DNA of 33,942 nt from a virus (lineage: Duplodnaviria; Caudoviricetes). Numbering within the stretch: position 1 is the stretch's first letter; every line of letters starts with the position of its first letter. This document shows, one piece after another, positions 33,764 to 33,942 of this stretch. The notes beneath the pieces were generated by a model. It ran no database searches. It was not told the DNA's origin and was given only the letters and a program-made list of their open reading frames with translations. The stretch spans positions 1 through 33,942 of the IMG/VR virus record IMGVR_UViG_3300025875_000075. One strand, written 5' to 3'. The position numbers and the translations under genes were made by a program.

Positions 33764-33942
33764 CCTCCTCCCCCACGGACCGCACCGACGCCGACGACGC
33801 GACGACGGAGGCGTGCGCCCCCGACTGTGCCGAGCGCACAGCGTGCCCGGTGGTCGGCGAGCCAGGCCACTGGCAGTGCGGCACCTGCCCGGAGCACCAG
33901 CGGCCCCGACACCACTGCGGTTGCCTCGCCACTCCCGAGCCC
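33760..33942 (+). CDS. 5' part of the junction-spanning protein (continues at 57)
   Basis: ATGA overlap; MTSSPTDRTDADDATTEACAPDCAERTACPVVGEPGHWQCGTCPEHQRPRHHCGCLATPEP. Confidence 0.75.
   Translation, partial: MTSSPTDRTDADDATTEACAPDCAERTACPVVGEPGHWQCGTCPEHQRPRHHCGCLATPEP
33887..33942. repeat. Terminal direct repeat, right copy
   Basis: Identical to 1-56. Confidence 0.95.

Noticed and set aside
1-33942. tRNA, CRISPR array, diversity-generating retroelement, IS element
   Set aside because: I saw no cloverleaf, spaced repeats, reverse transcriptase or transposase motifs by eye; tRNAscan and Infernal were not run.

Overview
An apparently complete, circularly assembled ~33.9 kb genome (56-bp end overlap) of a small, high-GC siphovirus whose gene content points to an actinobacterial host. 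All credible genes but one lie on the + strand. Replication and recombination genes: SSB-like protein, prim-pol, PriCT-AAA helicase, C5 cytosine methyltransferase, Hjc-type resolvase and a long PD-(D/E)XK exonuclease. Packaging and head genes (HK97-like): an HNH domain fused to terminase, portal, prohead protease and major capsid. The tail has a 947-aa tape measure with an SGNH esterase directly behind it. Lysis is split: amidase and papain-like peptidase at 26-27.7 kb, holin-like genes at 1.5-2.7 kb. I recognised no integrase, DNA polymerase, small terminase, tRNA or CRISPR array. Best leads: (1) a candidate anti-defence pair (Acb2/Tad1-like hairpin protein plus RyR-domain protein) between terminase and portal; (2) the HNH-terminase fusion, with a DnaA-box pair in its linker and a C-terminal frameshift; (3) PafBC-type damage promoters before recombination genes; (4) a BldC-like regulator with 10-bp-phased repeats over two promoters; (5) a cassette gene bounded by in-frame repeats and a recurring Cys/His mini-domain. 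All calls come from motif recognition by eye; no searches were run.
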